Origin: Dehalococcoidia bacterium
GTDB taxonomy: Bacteria; Chloroflexota; Dehalococcoidia; Bin125
Assembly: GCA_963555985.3 (NCBI GenBank)
Contig: OY820591.1
Span: forward strand, 928,001 to 992,000
Direction of reading: 5' to 3'
Length of the DNA: 64,000 bases
In this document: positions 49,899-61,486 of the stretch, one piece after another
Layout of the letters: the number at the start of each line of letters is the position of its first letter
Position numbering within the stretch: the first letter of the stretch is position 1
Program-made: the position numbers and the translations under genes
Notes under the pieces: generated by a model
The model's database searches: none
Seen by the model: only the letters and a program-made list of their open reading frames with translations
Told to the model about the DNA's origin: nothing

Positions 49899-50714
49899 AT
49901 GGCCCTGACACGGATTCATCACATTGGCATTGCGGTACACGACGCGGACAAAGCAGCCGAACTCTGGCGCGACACGTTCGGTCTGGAGACGGCGCTGGAT
50001 ACGGAGCTGGAATCGCAGGGAGTACGGGGGGTGATCTTCCCCCTCGACAACTGCGAGATCGAGTTGCTGCAACCGACCCGCGAAAACACCGGGATCGCCA
50101 AGTACCTCGAAACTAACGGCGAGGGCTTCCATCACATCTGCTTCGAGTCGACCGATGTGGCTGGCGACCTCAACGCCGCCGCTGCGACCGGGATACAAAT
50201 GATCGACACCGAACCGCGCGTCGGTCTGACCGGCATGATCGGCTTCATTCACCCACGCTCGAACCACGGGGTGCTGATCGAGTACGCCCAGCCGCCTGAT
50301 GGCGCGCCGCAACACTCAGGCCCGACATCGGGCCCCGGCCCACACGCACTGCATCACATGACGGTCGCGGTCAACGAGGTGGCGCCGGTCACGGAGGCGT
50401 GGACGCAGCGCTACGGCCTGGTCGGGCGCGAACCGTTTAGCGCCGAGGCGCTGGGCCTGGAAGGTCAGTTCCTGGACATCGGCCCAACGGCAATCGAACT
50501 GGTCCGCCCCTTGCCGGGCAGCGGCGGCCCGCTGCCGCGCAAGCTGGATACTTCCGGCGAAGGCATGTTCATGCTGGCGCTGACCGTACGCGACGCGGCC
50601 GCGTCGGTGGACTACCTGCGAGGCGAAGGCTGGACCACCACCGACGCCAACGCCGGCGCATTCATCTCGCCGAAGCACACCTATGGCGCGCGACTGAGGC
50701 TGTCGGAGGCGTAG
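49899..50714 (+). CDS. mce: Methylmalonyl-CoA epimerase with a second VOC module
   Basis: IHHIGIAV, IELLQP, GEGFHHIC, FIHP..GVLIE. Confidence 0.85.
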   Translation: MALTRIHHIGIAVHDADKAAELWRDTFGLETALDTELESQGVRGVIFPLDNCEIELLQPTRENTGIAKYLETNGEGFHHICFESTDVAGDLNAAAATGIQMIDTEPRVGLTGMIGFIHPRSNHGVLIEYAQPPDGAPQHSGPTSGPGPHALHHMTVAVNEVAPVTEAWTQRYGLVGREPFSAEALGLEGQFLDIGPTAIELVRPLPGSGGPLPRKLDTSGEGMFMLALTVRDAAASVDYLRGEGWTTTDANAGAFISPKHTYGARLRLSEA

Positions 50715-50749
50715 CGGCGGCGGGTCGGCGAGTCGTCTACGCTGACCCC

Positions 50750-51013
50750 ATGACGACGATCCGCGCCCGCTACGCCAACGGCGTCCTGACGCCGCTCGAT
50801 CCGCTCGACCTGTCGGAAGGGTGCGAGGTGTCGCTGACCGTGAACGGCGAGGAGGCTGCTGCGGCCCCTGAGGAGTCGGGTCCTGAGGAAGAGACACTGC
50901 TTGAGATGGTTGATCGCATCAGGGCCGCGTATCCGAACGATGATCCCAATCTGGCTACCGACGGGGCCAAGAATTTCAAGCACTACCTGTATGGACATCC
51001 CAAAGAAGACTGA
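50750..51013 (+). CDS. DUF104/AF2212-like antitoxin
   Basis: IRARYANGVLTPL; C-terminal HYLYG. Confidence 0.8.
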   Translation: MTTIRARYANGVLTPLDPLDLSEGCEVSLTVNGEEAAAAPEESGPEEETLLEMVDRIRAAYPNDDPNLATDGAKNFKHYLYGHPKED

Positions 51014-51429
51014 TGCGAACCGTCTTCGCCGATGCTGGCTACTGGATTGCGATGTTGGGCAATGACAAGTTGACCGGGCGTGCCCGCGAAGTCACCAACC
51101 AACTCGGCCAACATCGAATCGTCACTACCCAGATGGTCCTGGTGGAAGTCCTGACTCACTCATCCTGACGCGGTCGAGACGCGCGCCTGAGAGCGGCTGC
51201 CCTCGCTACGGACCTTGAGTCCCGGCCTGACGTCGAAGTCGTGCCGCAGACTGCGGAGCAGTATCGCGCCGCCCTCCGGCTCTACGCGGACCGGCCTGAC
51301 CAGCGTTGGAGCCTGACCGACTGCGCTAGCTTCCAACTGATGGAGTCGCGCGGCATCAGCGAAGCCCTAGCCTACGACCGCGACTTCGAGCAGGCCGGCT
51401 TCAGCCCGCTCCTCCGCGAGTCGCTCTAG
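51013..51429 (+). pseudogene. PIN/VapC toxin interrupted by in-frame TGA at 51166-51168
   Basis: MRTVFADAGYWIA..VLVEVL..*..WSLTDCASF..DRDFEQAGF, all in one frame. Confidence 0.85.
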
Positions 51430-51591
51430 CCGTCACTTCGCCCAAGCACACCTACAGCGCGAGGCTGCGGCTGTCCGAGGCGTAGGCGCTCCCGCGATAC
51501 TCAGGCTTGACCAAACATTCGTCGGCTCGTAACTTCCGCCTGACCGTCGCGGAATGCGACCGTCGGTATCGAGAGAAGAGGATGTAGCTCC

Positions 51592-53565
51592 ATGATTCGT
51601 ACACAGGGCCTTCTGCGACTGGCAGCGGTGGCGGCGCTCGTCATCGTGGCGTTCGCCATGCAGGACCTTGTTTCTAACGGGGGTGGGGCGGCGCCTAGCC
51701 TCTCCGCGATTACTGCAGCTGAGGGCAGTAAGGCGGAGACAACGGTACGGATCGCCGCCAAACGGTGGCCCAGCGGGAACACCGAGTACCGGTTGCAGGT
51801 GCGGATGAACGGTGAGTGGGGCGAGCGCATCGCGCCGCACAGCCGCTCGTTCTCGGCGCGCACCGGTGTAGGACAGTGGCGGAGCGGGTCCGCGCTCGAG
51901 TTGGACAGCGGTCACTTCGTGCGGATATCGGCCCAGCGGCTGACGAGCGGTCAGATCGAATTCGCGCTGCAGGAACAGGTGGACGACGAGTGGGGCGAGC
52001 GGATGCTGCCCGAGATTCGGCTGTTGCCCAGCGATCCGCCCGTCGACACGTGGCTGTACAGCTCGGAGTTAACGCTCCGCCCGTCGCCGCGCTTTGCGCC
52101 GGTCGTGGACGTGAGCGGCTGGGCCTCGGCCACGGTTCAGTACTCATCTTCGTTTGATCAGGGCGGCGTCCAGACCTGGGTGCGCGGCAGCGCCGCCGAA
52201 GGCGAGCTGCAGCTGCTGCAAGCCTGCCGCAACAGCGAGGACGTAGAGCTACAGATCGAGGGTTTGTCCACTTCAGCCGAAAGCCTGGTCGTGATGTCCG
52301 AGAACGGTTCAAGCGGGGTCGAGGTCAGTGTGACCATCGACGACGGCAAGGCTGAGTCGCACCTCTGGCATGCGATGAGCGACGGCCAGTTGCACTGGGT
52401 CAGCGCGGGAGGTAACGCGACTCCGTTGATCAACAGCCTGCGAGGCGCGACGACGCTGAGCGCCTCAGTGCTCGGCTCAGGCCTGCCGGAGGCGACGTTC
52501 GACCTCCGAGGCATGTTCGACACGCGGGTGCAGGGTAACATCGATGAGTGCGGCAACTACGTCGATCCGGCCTGGCAACCAGTCATTGTTGATCGCGGAA
52601 CCACCGATGCTGGCGCTTACTTCTGGAGCTTCACCGACAAGGGCTTTGGCCTTTACACCCGGATCTCAGTCCTAGCGAGTAGTGAAACATCTGCCTCTGA
52701 CAACCCTCCGGTCTATCTTAAGGTCACCTGCGGAAGCGGAACCGGGGGAGTCAGCGTCATCATAGACCCCCTGCCCATCGCTGGTGGTACGTACACCATT
52801 CGCAGCAGGGTGGATGATGGCGCATGGGTGGAGGGGCAAGGGTATCTCCAAGGGGATGACGATAGCTCCATCCTGTCATTTGGCGAGCACTACCTTTGGT
52901 TACGCCACGGTACCACTCTGGAGTTGGAGGTTCTGATCGACTCGGCTTGGCGGGCAGCGTTCGATTTGGCAGAACTCTTCGACACGCCGGTTCAAACGAA
53001 CTTCGATAACTGCGGCGCTCCTCTGTGGCCGCAGGCATTCACTTACGTGCCGATCGTCACGCGCGGGTGGATTACTCATAGTGACTCAGCTTTTGAATCG
53101 ATCTTGTACCGCTCGCATCAGGTGGCCTCCCGTAGCTTCAGCTTCGTCCAAAAGCAAATCGCTCATCCGGACGCGCACAACGATTCGGCAGAATTGGTCC
53201 TTAGCTGCAGCCATGACAGCTTTTACGTTCGTGTCGGCTACTTCGATCTGTTCGATTCTCCTGTCCCGCCGCGTCTTTTGGACGTGGGAGTCGAATTAGA
53301 CGGCATCACGCTGCCCACGGTGTCATGGACAGTGGGAAGTGATGGTGATGGAACGCACATTCAGACGGATGATGCTGGGCGCCTGATTGCTCGATTGCGT
53401 CGCGCGTCGTCGATGACGGTGACCATTGACGGTGCTGACTTGGAGCCACTCACCTTCGACCTGGCCGACATGTTCAACACGCCGATCCAGGAGAACCTAG
53501 ACAACTGCGGCATGTACAAGCCAGGCGAGACTCGCGAACTGGAACTGGAGGATTCTGGGTCGTAG
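51592..53565 (+). CDS. Secreted modular repeat protein
   Basis: Signal peptide; two N-terminal and three C-terminal internal repeats. Confidence 0.8.
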   Translation: MIRTQGLLRLAAVAALVIVAFAMQDLVSNGGGAAPSLSAITAAEGSKAETTVRIAAKRWPSGNTEYRLQVRMNGEWGERIAPHSRSFSARTGVGQWRSGSALELDSGHFVRISAQRLTSGQIEFALQEQVDDEWGERMLPEIRLLPSDPPVDTWLYSSELTLRPSPRFAPVVDVSGWASATVQYSSSFDQGGVQTWVRGSAAEGELQLLQACRNSEDVELQIEGLSTSAESLVVMSENGSSGVEVSVTIDDGKAESHLWHAMSDGQLHWVSAGGNATPLINSLRGATTLSASVLGSGLPEATFDLRGMFDTRVQGNIDECGNYVDPAWQPVIVDRGTTDAGAYFWSFTDKGFGLYTRISVLASSETSASDNPPVYLKVTCGSGTGGVSVIIDPLPIAGGTYTIRSRVDDGAWVEGQGYLQGDDDSSILSFGEHYLWLRHGTTLELEVLIDSAWRAAFDLAELFDTPVQTNFDNCGAPLWPQAFTYVPIVTRGWITHSDSAFESILYRSHQVASRSFSFVQKQIAHPDAHNDSAELVLSCSHDSFYVRVGYFDLFDSPVPPRLLDVGVELDGITLPTVSWTVGSDGDGTHIQTDDAGRLIARLRRASSMTVTIDGADLEPLTFDLADMFNTPIQENLDNCGMYKPGETRELELEDSGS

Positions 53566-53659
53566 CGCGCCGCTGGTCGCCTGCACAGAACGCCATCGTC
53601 GCGGCTCTGCTGCGGCGGGGGGTATTCTGTTCCTAGCTACAGGGCGGGAGCAATGAGCA

Positions 53660-54085
53660 ATGACTGAGACAGCCGTGGAACAGATTCGGGTCCTGGTGGC
53701 GAAACCGGGGCTTGACGGGCATGATCGGGGGGCGAAGATTGTCGCTCGCGCGTTGCGCGATGCGGGCATGGAAGTGATCTACACCGGCATCCGCCAGACG
53801 CCGGCGATGATCGCCGAGGCCGCGCTGCAGGAGGATGTGCACGTGGTGGCGCTATCAGTGCTGTCGGGCGCGCACCTGGAGTTGTTCCCGCGCGTCGTCG
53901 ACGCCTGCCGCGAGCGGGGGATCACGCCGGAGAACACGCTCTTCCTCGGCGGCGGCATCATTCCCGACGACGACGCGGCAGTCTTGCATGAGGCAGGCTT
54001 CGCGGCCGTCTTCGGCCCCGGGGCCCATACCGGCGATATTGCCGAGTACGTCCGCGCCCATGTGCCCGAGCTCGACCGTTCGTGA
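53660..54085 (+). CDS. Methylmalonyl-CoA mutase B12-binding subunit
   Basis: [24 protein letters not shown]. Confidence 0.95.
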   Translation: MTETAVEQIRVLVAKPGLDGHDRGAKIVARALRDAGMEVIYTGIRQTPAMIAEAALQEDVHVVALSVLSGAHLELFPRVVDACRERGITPENTLFLGGGIIPDDDAAVLHEAGFAAVFGPGAHTGDIAEYVRAHVPELDRS

Positions 54086-55065
54086 CGACCGAGACGGCGT
54101 CCGCGCCGAATACCCAACTGTCCGGTCGGCTGGCCGAGCTGGAAGCGCGCCTCCAGGCGAAGGATCGCCGCGCGCTGGCGCGGGTGCTGAGTTGGGTCGA
54201 AAGCGGCGACGAACGCGGGCGCGAGATGCTGCGGGCGCTCTATCCGCGCAGCGGCCGGGCGCGGACGATTGGGCTGACAGGTTCGCCCGGGGCGGGCAAG
54301 AGCACGGTCACGAACGAGTTGGCGAAGGAGTTTCGCGCGCGCGGGCAGACGGTGGGGATTGTCGCGGTGGATCCGTCCAGTCCCTACACGATGGGCGCGA
54401 TTCTGGGCGATCGCGTACGGATGGCGGAATTGCACGCCGATCCAGACGTATTCATCCGCTCGTTGGCGAGCCGAGGCGCGTTAGGCGGACTCTCGGCCGC
54501 GACGCAGGACGTAATTCACGTACTGGATGCGTTCGGCAAGGACATGATCTTGATTGAGACGGTCGGAGCGGGGCAGGACGAAGTCGAGATCGCCGGCTGC
54601 GCCCAGACGACGGTGCTGGTCAATACTCCGAACATGGGCGACGAAGTGCAGACGCTCAAGGCGGGGATCATGGAGATCGCGGACGTACTCGCAGTGAACA
54701 AGTCGGACTTGCCCGGCGCCGATCGGATGGTCTCGGCGCTCAAGGCGCTGCTGTCGCTCGCTCCCGATCGTGGTTGGCAGCCGCCGGTGACGCGGATCGT
54801 GGCGACGCGCGGTGAGGGGATCGTGGAGCTTGCCGACGCCTGCGAGTCGCACTTTGACGATTTGCAGGCGTCTGGCCGTCTCGCCGAGTCGGAGTTGGCC
54901 CGCGCGCGTCAGCAGATCACGGCGCTGGCGCGTGGCAGTCTGTTGGCGCGATTGCAGAGCGAGGCCGGTGAGGCGCGATTGGATGAACTGTGCGCAGCGG
55001 TAGCAGAGCGGCGAGCGGACCCGCATTCCGCCGCCGACGAATGGATTGGGACTCGCGGAGCATGA
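54082..55065 (+). CDS. meaB: Mutase-associated GTPase
   Basis: [34 protein letters not shown]. Confidence 0.94.
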   Translation: MTTETASAPNTQLSGRLAELEARLQAKDRRALARVLSWVESGDERGREMLRALYPRSGRARTIGLTGSPGAGKSTVTNELAKEFRARGQTVGIVAVDPSSPYTMGAILGDRVRMAELHADPDVFIRSLASRGALGGLSAATQDVIHVLDAFGKDMILIETVGAGQDEVEIAGCAQTTVLVNTPNMGDEVQTLKAGIMEIADVLAVNKSDLPGADRMVSALKALLSLAPDRGWQPPVTRIVATRGEGIVELADACESHFDDLQASGRLAESELARARQQITALARGSLLARLQSEAGEARLDELCAAVAERRADPHSAADEWIGTRGA

Positions 55066-55742
55066 GCGAATCGGTACAGCGGCTGCGGATCACGTTCGGA
55101 GCGGAGGGATCGCTGCGCTACGTGTCCCATCTCGATCTGATGCGGGTCTGGGAACGGGTCTGCAAGCGGGCGGGACTGCCGCTGTCGCAGTCTCAAGGCT
55201 TTTCGCCGCGCCCGAAGATCGCGTTGGCAGCGCCGCTGGCGGTCGGAGTGACCTCGGAGTGCGAACTGCTGGATGTGCTGCTTGACGAGCGCGTGCCGCT
55301 GGAAGACGCCCTGCTGCGTTTGACCCCTCAACTGACACCCGGTTTGACGATTCGCGCACTCACGGAATCGGCGCTCAAACAGCCCTCGTTGCAGTCGCTG
55401 CTGCGTTCGGCCAGCTACGAGGCCGAAGTCGCCGATGTGCGCTCGGCTGAAGAGTGGCGCGTGGAGATCGCCAAGTTGCTGGCGGCGGACTCGGTGCCCT
55501 GGAGCCATCAGCGCGGTAAGGAGACGAAGGAGTACGATCTGCGTCCGCTGATCTTCGATCTGGGCCTGACCGGCGTTTACGCCGGACGTGCGTCTTTGGC
55601 GATGCGCTTGCGCAACGACGAGCGGGGAGCGGGACGCCCGGAGCAGGTCGCGCGGGCGCTGGGCGCGAAGCAGGAACCGGATCGGATCCATCGAACCGCG
55701 CTTGAGTTGGCGGAACCCGCAGCGCTCAAGCGTTCAGCCTGA
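55062..55742 (+). CDS. Radical SAM-linked protein (DUF2344)
   Basis: RYVSHLDL..SQGFSPRPKI..LAVG..SECE. Confidence 0.85.
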   Translation: MSESVQRLRITFGAEGSLRYVSHLDLMRVWERVCKRAGLPLSQSQGFSPRPKIALAAPLAVGVTSECELLDVLLDERVPLEDALLRLTPQLTPGLTIRALTESALKQPSLQSLLRSASYEAEVADVRSAEEWRVEIAKLLAADSVPWSHQRGKETKEYDLRPLIFDLGLTGVYAGRASLAMRLRNDERGAGRPEQVARALGAKQEPDRIHRTALELAEPAALKRSA

Positions 55743-55752
55743 GAGTGATCTT

Positions 55753-56385
55753 GTGCGACAGATCTACATCCTGCGTCATGTCGAATCGGAGGCGAACCGA
55801 GCCCAGGTGGGGCTGGGGCGGACCGACTCTCCGCCGACGGAGCTGGGGCGGCGTCAGATCGCTGCCACTGCTGAGGCGCTCGCGGACGAGCCAATTACGC
55901 GGATTCTGAGCAGTCCGCTCCAGCGGGCGCGGCTCTTGGCCGAAGCGATCGGTGCCGTTCGCAGTGTTGAGGTGGAGTCGCGTGACGAGCTGCTGGAATT
56001 GGATGTAGGCAAGTTGGAAGGCCTCGACTGGAGCATCACGCGGGAACGCTACGGCGATTTCCTGCGCGCCTGGCGCGGAGACGAAGCTGCCGAGACGCCG
56101 ATGCCGGGCGGGGAGTCGTTGGTTGACGTGCTGCGGCGCTCGCGTCCGTTGTTCGACTCGCTGGTCGATGATCCGGCGGACGGGGCGGCGCTAATCGTCT
56201 CACACAACTTCGTAGTGCGAATGCTGCTCGTCCATGCGCTGGATCTGCCCGTTCGCGCCTGGCGACGATTTGATGTGGGGTTGGCGGGATTGACGACACT
56301 GCGCGTGCAGGACGGCGTTCCGGTCGTGGAGCGGCTGAATGATCGGCATCATCTCGACGCGCTCCGAGGGTTCGCCCTAGAGTGA
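55753..56385 (+). CDS. Histidine phosphatase family protein
   Basis: LRH, SSPLQRA, GGES, VSH. Confidence 0.85.
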   Translation: MRQIYILRHVESEANRAQVGLGRTDSPPTELGRRQIAATAEALADEPITRILSSPLQRARLLAEAIGAVRSVEVESRDELLELDVGKLEGLDWSITRERYGDFLRAWRGDEAAETPMPGGESLVDVLRRSRPLFDSLVDDPADGAALIVSHNFVVRMLLVHALDLPVRAWRRFDVGLAGLTTLRVQDGVPVVERLNDRHHLDALRGFALE

Positions 56386-56411
56386 ATGCGGCGGCGGGCG
56401 CGTGAGCGCCG

Positions 56412-57026
56412 ATGACTTCGGAATCCAGCGACCCTGAGGGCGAGGCCGCGCGCGCGGTCGAGCCGCATGACGCGGACGAGCAACGCGAACCGGACAGACT
56501 AGTCGCGCCGCTTGCAGCGCAGTCAGCTCCGATCGGGCCGTATACGGAGACAGCTGCGGCGCAGCCGGCGCCCATGCCCGCCCTGCCCGCGCCGCCCCGC
56601 CGCCGGCCGCTGCGTCGCCTGCTTTCGACGCTGGCGTTTGTCGGTGCGCTGGTGCTGGTTGGCTATGTGGTCTACAGCGGCGTTCAGAATCTGGTCGGAG
56701 GAAATCTCTTTCAGGAGCGGATCGCCGAGACCGAAGCGGAGATTGAGCAACTGCGAATCCAGGCGAGCCAACTGGCGGCCTTGATCGCGTATCTCGATTC
56801 CGACGCCTACATTGAGCGCACGGCGCGGGAGGATTTGGGCATGGTGCGTCCGGGCGAGGAGGCGTTCGCAATACACGCGCCGGCGCGGAGCAGCTTGGAG
56901 ATCCGGCGCTCGCCCTGGTGGGCGAACCTGTTGCCGGACTCGGCGACGGAGCAATTCAGCCTGTTCTTGGAGGAGGACAGCGGGCTGAGCGCCGCTCAAC
57001 CGATCGGAGCCGGCCCTGGCGAGTGA
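56412..57026 (+). CDS. Septum formation initiator (FtsB/DivIC family)
   Basis: TM helix, coiled coil, YIERTAREDLGMVRPGE. Confidence 0.85.
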   Translation: MTSESSDPEGEAARAVEPHDADEQREPDRLVAPLAAQSAPIGPYTETAAAQPAPMPALPAPPRRRPLRRLLSTLAFVGALVLVGYVVYSGVQNLVGGNLFQERIAETEAEIEQLRIQASQLAALIAYLDSDAYIERTAREDLGMVRPGEEAFAIHAPARSSLEIRRSPWWANLLPDSATEQFSLFLEEDSGLSAAQPIGAGPGE

Positions 57027-57030
57027 GTGA

Positions 57031-58083
57031 GTGATCGGCGTGAAGCTGCACAGTCGAGAACTTCGCAGTCTTGGCCAGCGAGCGGCGCGGTCGCTGTTGG
57101 AGGCAGCCGGACCCGGGCATGGCCGAACGCTGCTGACCGGGTTGTCGGGCGGGGCTGATTCGGCGGCGCTGCTGTTTCTGTTGGCGGACACGCAGCAGCG
57201 GCACGGCTGGCGGCTGCGGGCCGCGCATGTCGATCACGGGATTCAGGATGCGGAAATTCGCGCTGCGTTTCGTTCCACCGCCGCGAAAGCGGCCCGGATC
57301 GCCGGCGCAGCGTTTGACCTCGTCAAGGTGGATGCACGATCCGAACTCGCCGCCGGCGGCGGGATCGAGGCGGCGGCGCGCCGTGTCCGCTATCGAGCCC
57401 TTGCGGAGATTGCGGATCGCCGCCAGGCGGAGCTGATTGCAGTGGCGCACACACTCGACGACCAGGCGGAGACCGTACTGCTGCATGTTCTGCGCGGAAC
57501 AGGAATTGACGGGCTGGCGGCGATGTCGCCAATCGCGCCCGTGCCGGAAGTCGAATCCGAGTTGCGGCTTGTCCGTCCGCTGCTCGGACACACTCGCGCG
57601 GAAACGCGGCGGATCTGCGAGCTGCACGACTTTAATCCGGTCGACGATCCGGCCAATCACGACCTCACGCGCGTGCGCAACCGCTTGCGTCACGAGCTGA
57701 TGCCACTGCTGCGAGAGTTCAATCCGCGCGTGGCGGCGGCCTTGGCGGAATTGGCCCTCAGCGCGAGTGGGGATCGAGAATTGCTGGAATCGCAGGCTCG
57801 CGCGGCCATTGTGGACGCGGCTGTGGAAGGCGGTACTCCCGCTCTGGAGCGGAGCTCATTGCTCGCGCAGCCGCCCGCGCTGCGGGCTCGGGTACTGCGA
57901 ATGTTTGCCGATTCATACGGCGCCCCGCTGACGGCGGAACGGACGCGGGCCGCACTCGCTGCGCTGGAGCGCGGGCGGGGGGCGATCGAACTCGGCTGCG
58001 GACGGGCGCTGCGTGTCGCAGATGGCAGAGTGACGGTGGAGATCGGGGACGAAGCCGGCGGCGGCGCAGGGAATCAGATTTGA
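57031..58083 (+). CDS. tilS: tRNA(Ile)-lysidine synthase
   Basis: SGGADS, HVDHG, AHTLDDQAET, RNRLR. Confidence 0.93.
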   Translation: MIGVKLHSRELRSLGQRAARSLLEAAGPGHGRTLLTGLSGGADSAALLFLLADTQQRHGWRLRAAHVDHGIQDAEIRAAFRSTAAKAARIAGAAFDLVKVDARSELAAGGGIEAAARRVRYRALAEIADRRQAELIAVAHTLDDQAETVLLHVLRGTGIDGLAAMSPIAPVPEVESELRLVRPLLGHTRAETRRICELHDFNPVDDPANHDLTRVRNRLRHELMPLLREFNPRVAAALAELALSASGDRELLESQARAAIVDAAVEGGTPALERSSLLAQPPALRARVLRMFADSYGAPLTAERTRAALAALERGRGAIELGCGRALRVADGRVTVEIGDEAGGGAGNQI

Positions 58084-58109
58084 CAACCGCAATTCCGTCT
58101 GGCTAAGAT
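58080..58109 (+). promoter_or_regulatory. rRNA promoter
   Basis: TTGACA-18bp-TAAGAT; -35 overlaps the tilS stop codon. Confidence 0.7.
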
Positions 58110-58335
58110 GTGTGTCTGCGCTCGTGGAGAGTGCGCCGCTCGACCGCCATTGGCGGGAGGCCGGAGCGCAATCGGCGGCCAGCCTTAACAATTGGAGAGC
58201 GGAAGTCCAGTGTGCTTGGGGAGCCCCCCCAAGTCCGGACCCAGCCAGACCCGGCGCGCGCCGTCCTCGGACGGGGCGAATCGGGGCAAGTGGTCCGGCA
58301 AACCCTCACCTTTGCAGTCGGCTCGACCGGCTGAT

Positions 58336-59838
<1,503 letters not shown>

Positions 59839-59980
59839 AGGGAGCACGCCCTCAACGGGCGCATCCCAGGTCGATCCACCCGCCCCACCAGGGCAGGTGC
59901 GACGGACTCCCCCAATGCGCTGGCTTCCGCTCTCCAACGGTTAAGGCCGCCGCCCCACTAGCGGGCGCGCCGTCCGCCTC

Positions 59981-60057
59981 GGGCCATTAGCTCAGCAGGT
60001 TAGAGCGCAGTCCTGATAAGACTGAGGTCCCTGGTTCGAGTCCAGGATGGCCCACCA
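59981..60057 (+). tRNA. tRNA-Ile(GAT)
   Basis: CTGATAA loop; CCA end. Confidence 0.95.
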
Positions 60058-60133
60058 AACGACAACCCCCCACCTCCTCAACCGGACGCTCCACCCCGGC
60101 CCCGGACTGCTACCGTGACCCCAGGAGCCGACC

Positions 60134-60385
60134 ATGACCATCCGCAGCGTCCGCGCCCGCTACCGCAACGGCGTCCTCGAACCACTCGACACCCTCGCGC
60201 TGAGCGAGGACCAGGAAGTCCTACTCACCCTGGACGACACGGAGAAGCCGCCTCCCGATCCTCAAGCGTTCGTACAGGCAGCCGGAGGTTGGGTCGGGCA
60301 GTTCGACGACTACAAGGCGTTGATCCGCGACATCTACCAAGCCCGCATCGACGGCTCGCGCCATAACCACCCGCGCAATCTCTGA
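60134..60385 (+). CDS. DUF104/AF2212-like antitoxin (orphan)
   Basis: VRARYRNGVLEPL; homologous to 50750-51013. Confidence 0.78.
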   Translation: MTIRSVRARYRNGVLEPLDTLALSEDQEVLLTLDDTEKPPPDPQAFVQAAGGWVGQFDDYKALIRDIYQARIDGSRHNHPRNL

Positions 60386-60586
60386 GCGCCTGCGCTTATC
60401 CGCCCGCAGTCCCCCCGATCACCCCCTGCTCAGAGTCGCGCGTAAATCCCCATTTCCGTCATTCCCGCGCAGGCGGGAATCCATCCGGCTCTCTGCTCAG
60501 CAAGGCGCAGAACTGACCGAACCCGGACGACCAACCATGTACGCACAGGTCTTCTGCTGGAGTACCATGCAGCACAGGAGACCACC

Positions 60587-61003
60587 ATGGGCGGGATCAT
60601 CGTCGAAATCCAACTGGAAAACTTCGAGGACCGGCTTGACGCGCTTCGGGGGCGGATTGACGAGAGCGCCGTGCGGCGCGAGACGATTCGCGCGGTGGCA
60701 GACACCGGCGCGCGGATGTTGGCTCTGCCCCAGGATCTGGTCGACCGCCTGGGCTTGGCGGAAGTCGAGCGCGTGGCGACCGTCTACGCGGACGGTCGCA
60801 GCGGTGAGTTGCCGGTCGCCGGCTACATGATGCTGCGATTCGGCGAGCGCGAAATGCAGACCGACTGCCTCGTCGTACCGGAGGGCGCAGAGGCGCTGCT
60901 CGGTCAGATTGCGATGGAGCGGATGGACCTGATCGCCGACTGCGCCAATCAGACCTTGACGGGGAGACCGGAGTCCCCCGATCGCCCCCTGCTACGGGTA
61001 TAG
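60587..61003 (+). CDS. Clan AA (retropepsin-like) aspartic protease
   Basis: ADTGA catalytic motif, ADGR flap, ALLG. Confidence 0.85.
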   Translation: MGGIIVEIQLENFEDRLDALRGRIDESAVRRETIRAVADTGARMLALPQDLVDRLGLAEVERVATVYADGRSGELPVAGYMMLRFGEREMQTDCLVVPEGAEALLGQIAMERMDLIADCANQTLTGRPESPDRPLLRV

Positions 61004-61152
61004 AAATTCCCCAACACTCCCCGTCCCCGATTCACTCGGGGACCCGTTCCACAACCAACCGACGCCCAGCCCCAGCCCCCCAACCGTCATTCCCAGCTTG
61101 ACTGGGAATCTCGCCCGTCCAGGTACAGGCGGATTACCTAGTCGCGTCCACC

Positions 61153-61272
61153 GGCGCCGAAGCGCTGGTCGGTCAAATCGTCATGCAGCGCCTCGACCTC
61201 ATCGCCGACTGCGCCAATCAAATCCTCAGCCCCCGCCCGGAGTCCGCGGATCGCCCCCTGCTGCGGGTGTGA
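61153..61272 (+). pseudogene. Diverged duplicate of the protease 3' end
   Basis: Encodes GAEALVGQIVMQRLDLIADCANQILSPRPESADRPLLRV*. Confidence 0.8.
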
Positions 61273-61486
61273 GGGCCTGATCGGAGGGACGACATTGGAG
61301 ACGAAGGGCGTTCGGAATACTTGGCGGTTGTTCTGCAATACGGCATACGCGGACGGATGTTTGGCTCCCCTGCGAAGCGAGTTCGCAGCCTCAGCCGCGT
61401 CATCGCTCGTCGGCATATCATGTACAGTGGATACGATGGCTTGGATGCGCCGAGCCGACGCTGCCGTGCCCTAGGAAAGGCGAATC

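Noticed and set aside
51166-51168. Selenocysteine codon in the PIN gene
   Set aside because: Position is not a Cys site in PIN domains and no clear SECIS follows; a nonsense mutation is simpler
60884-61272. Diversity-generating retroelement TR/VR pair (also considered for 50667/51438)
   Set aside because: Differences are mostly synonymous and not adenine-specific; no reverse transcriptase in the window
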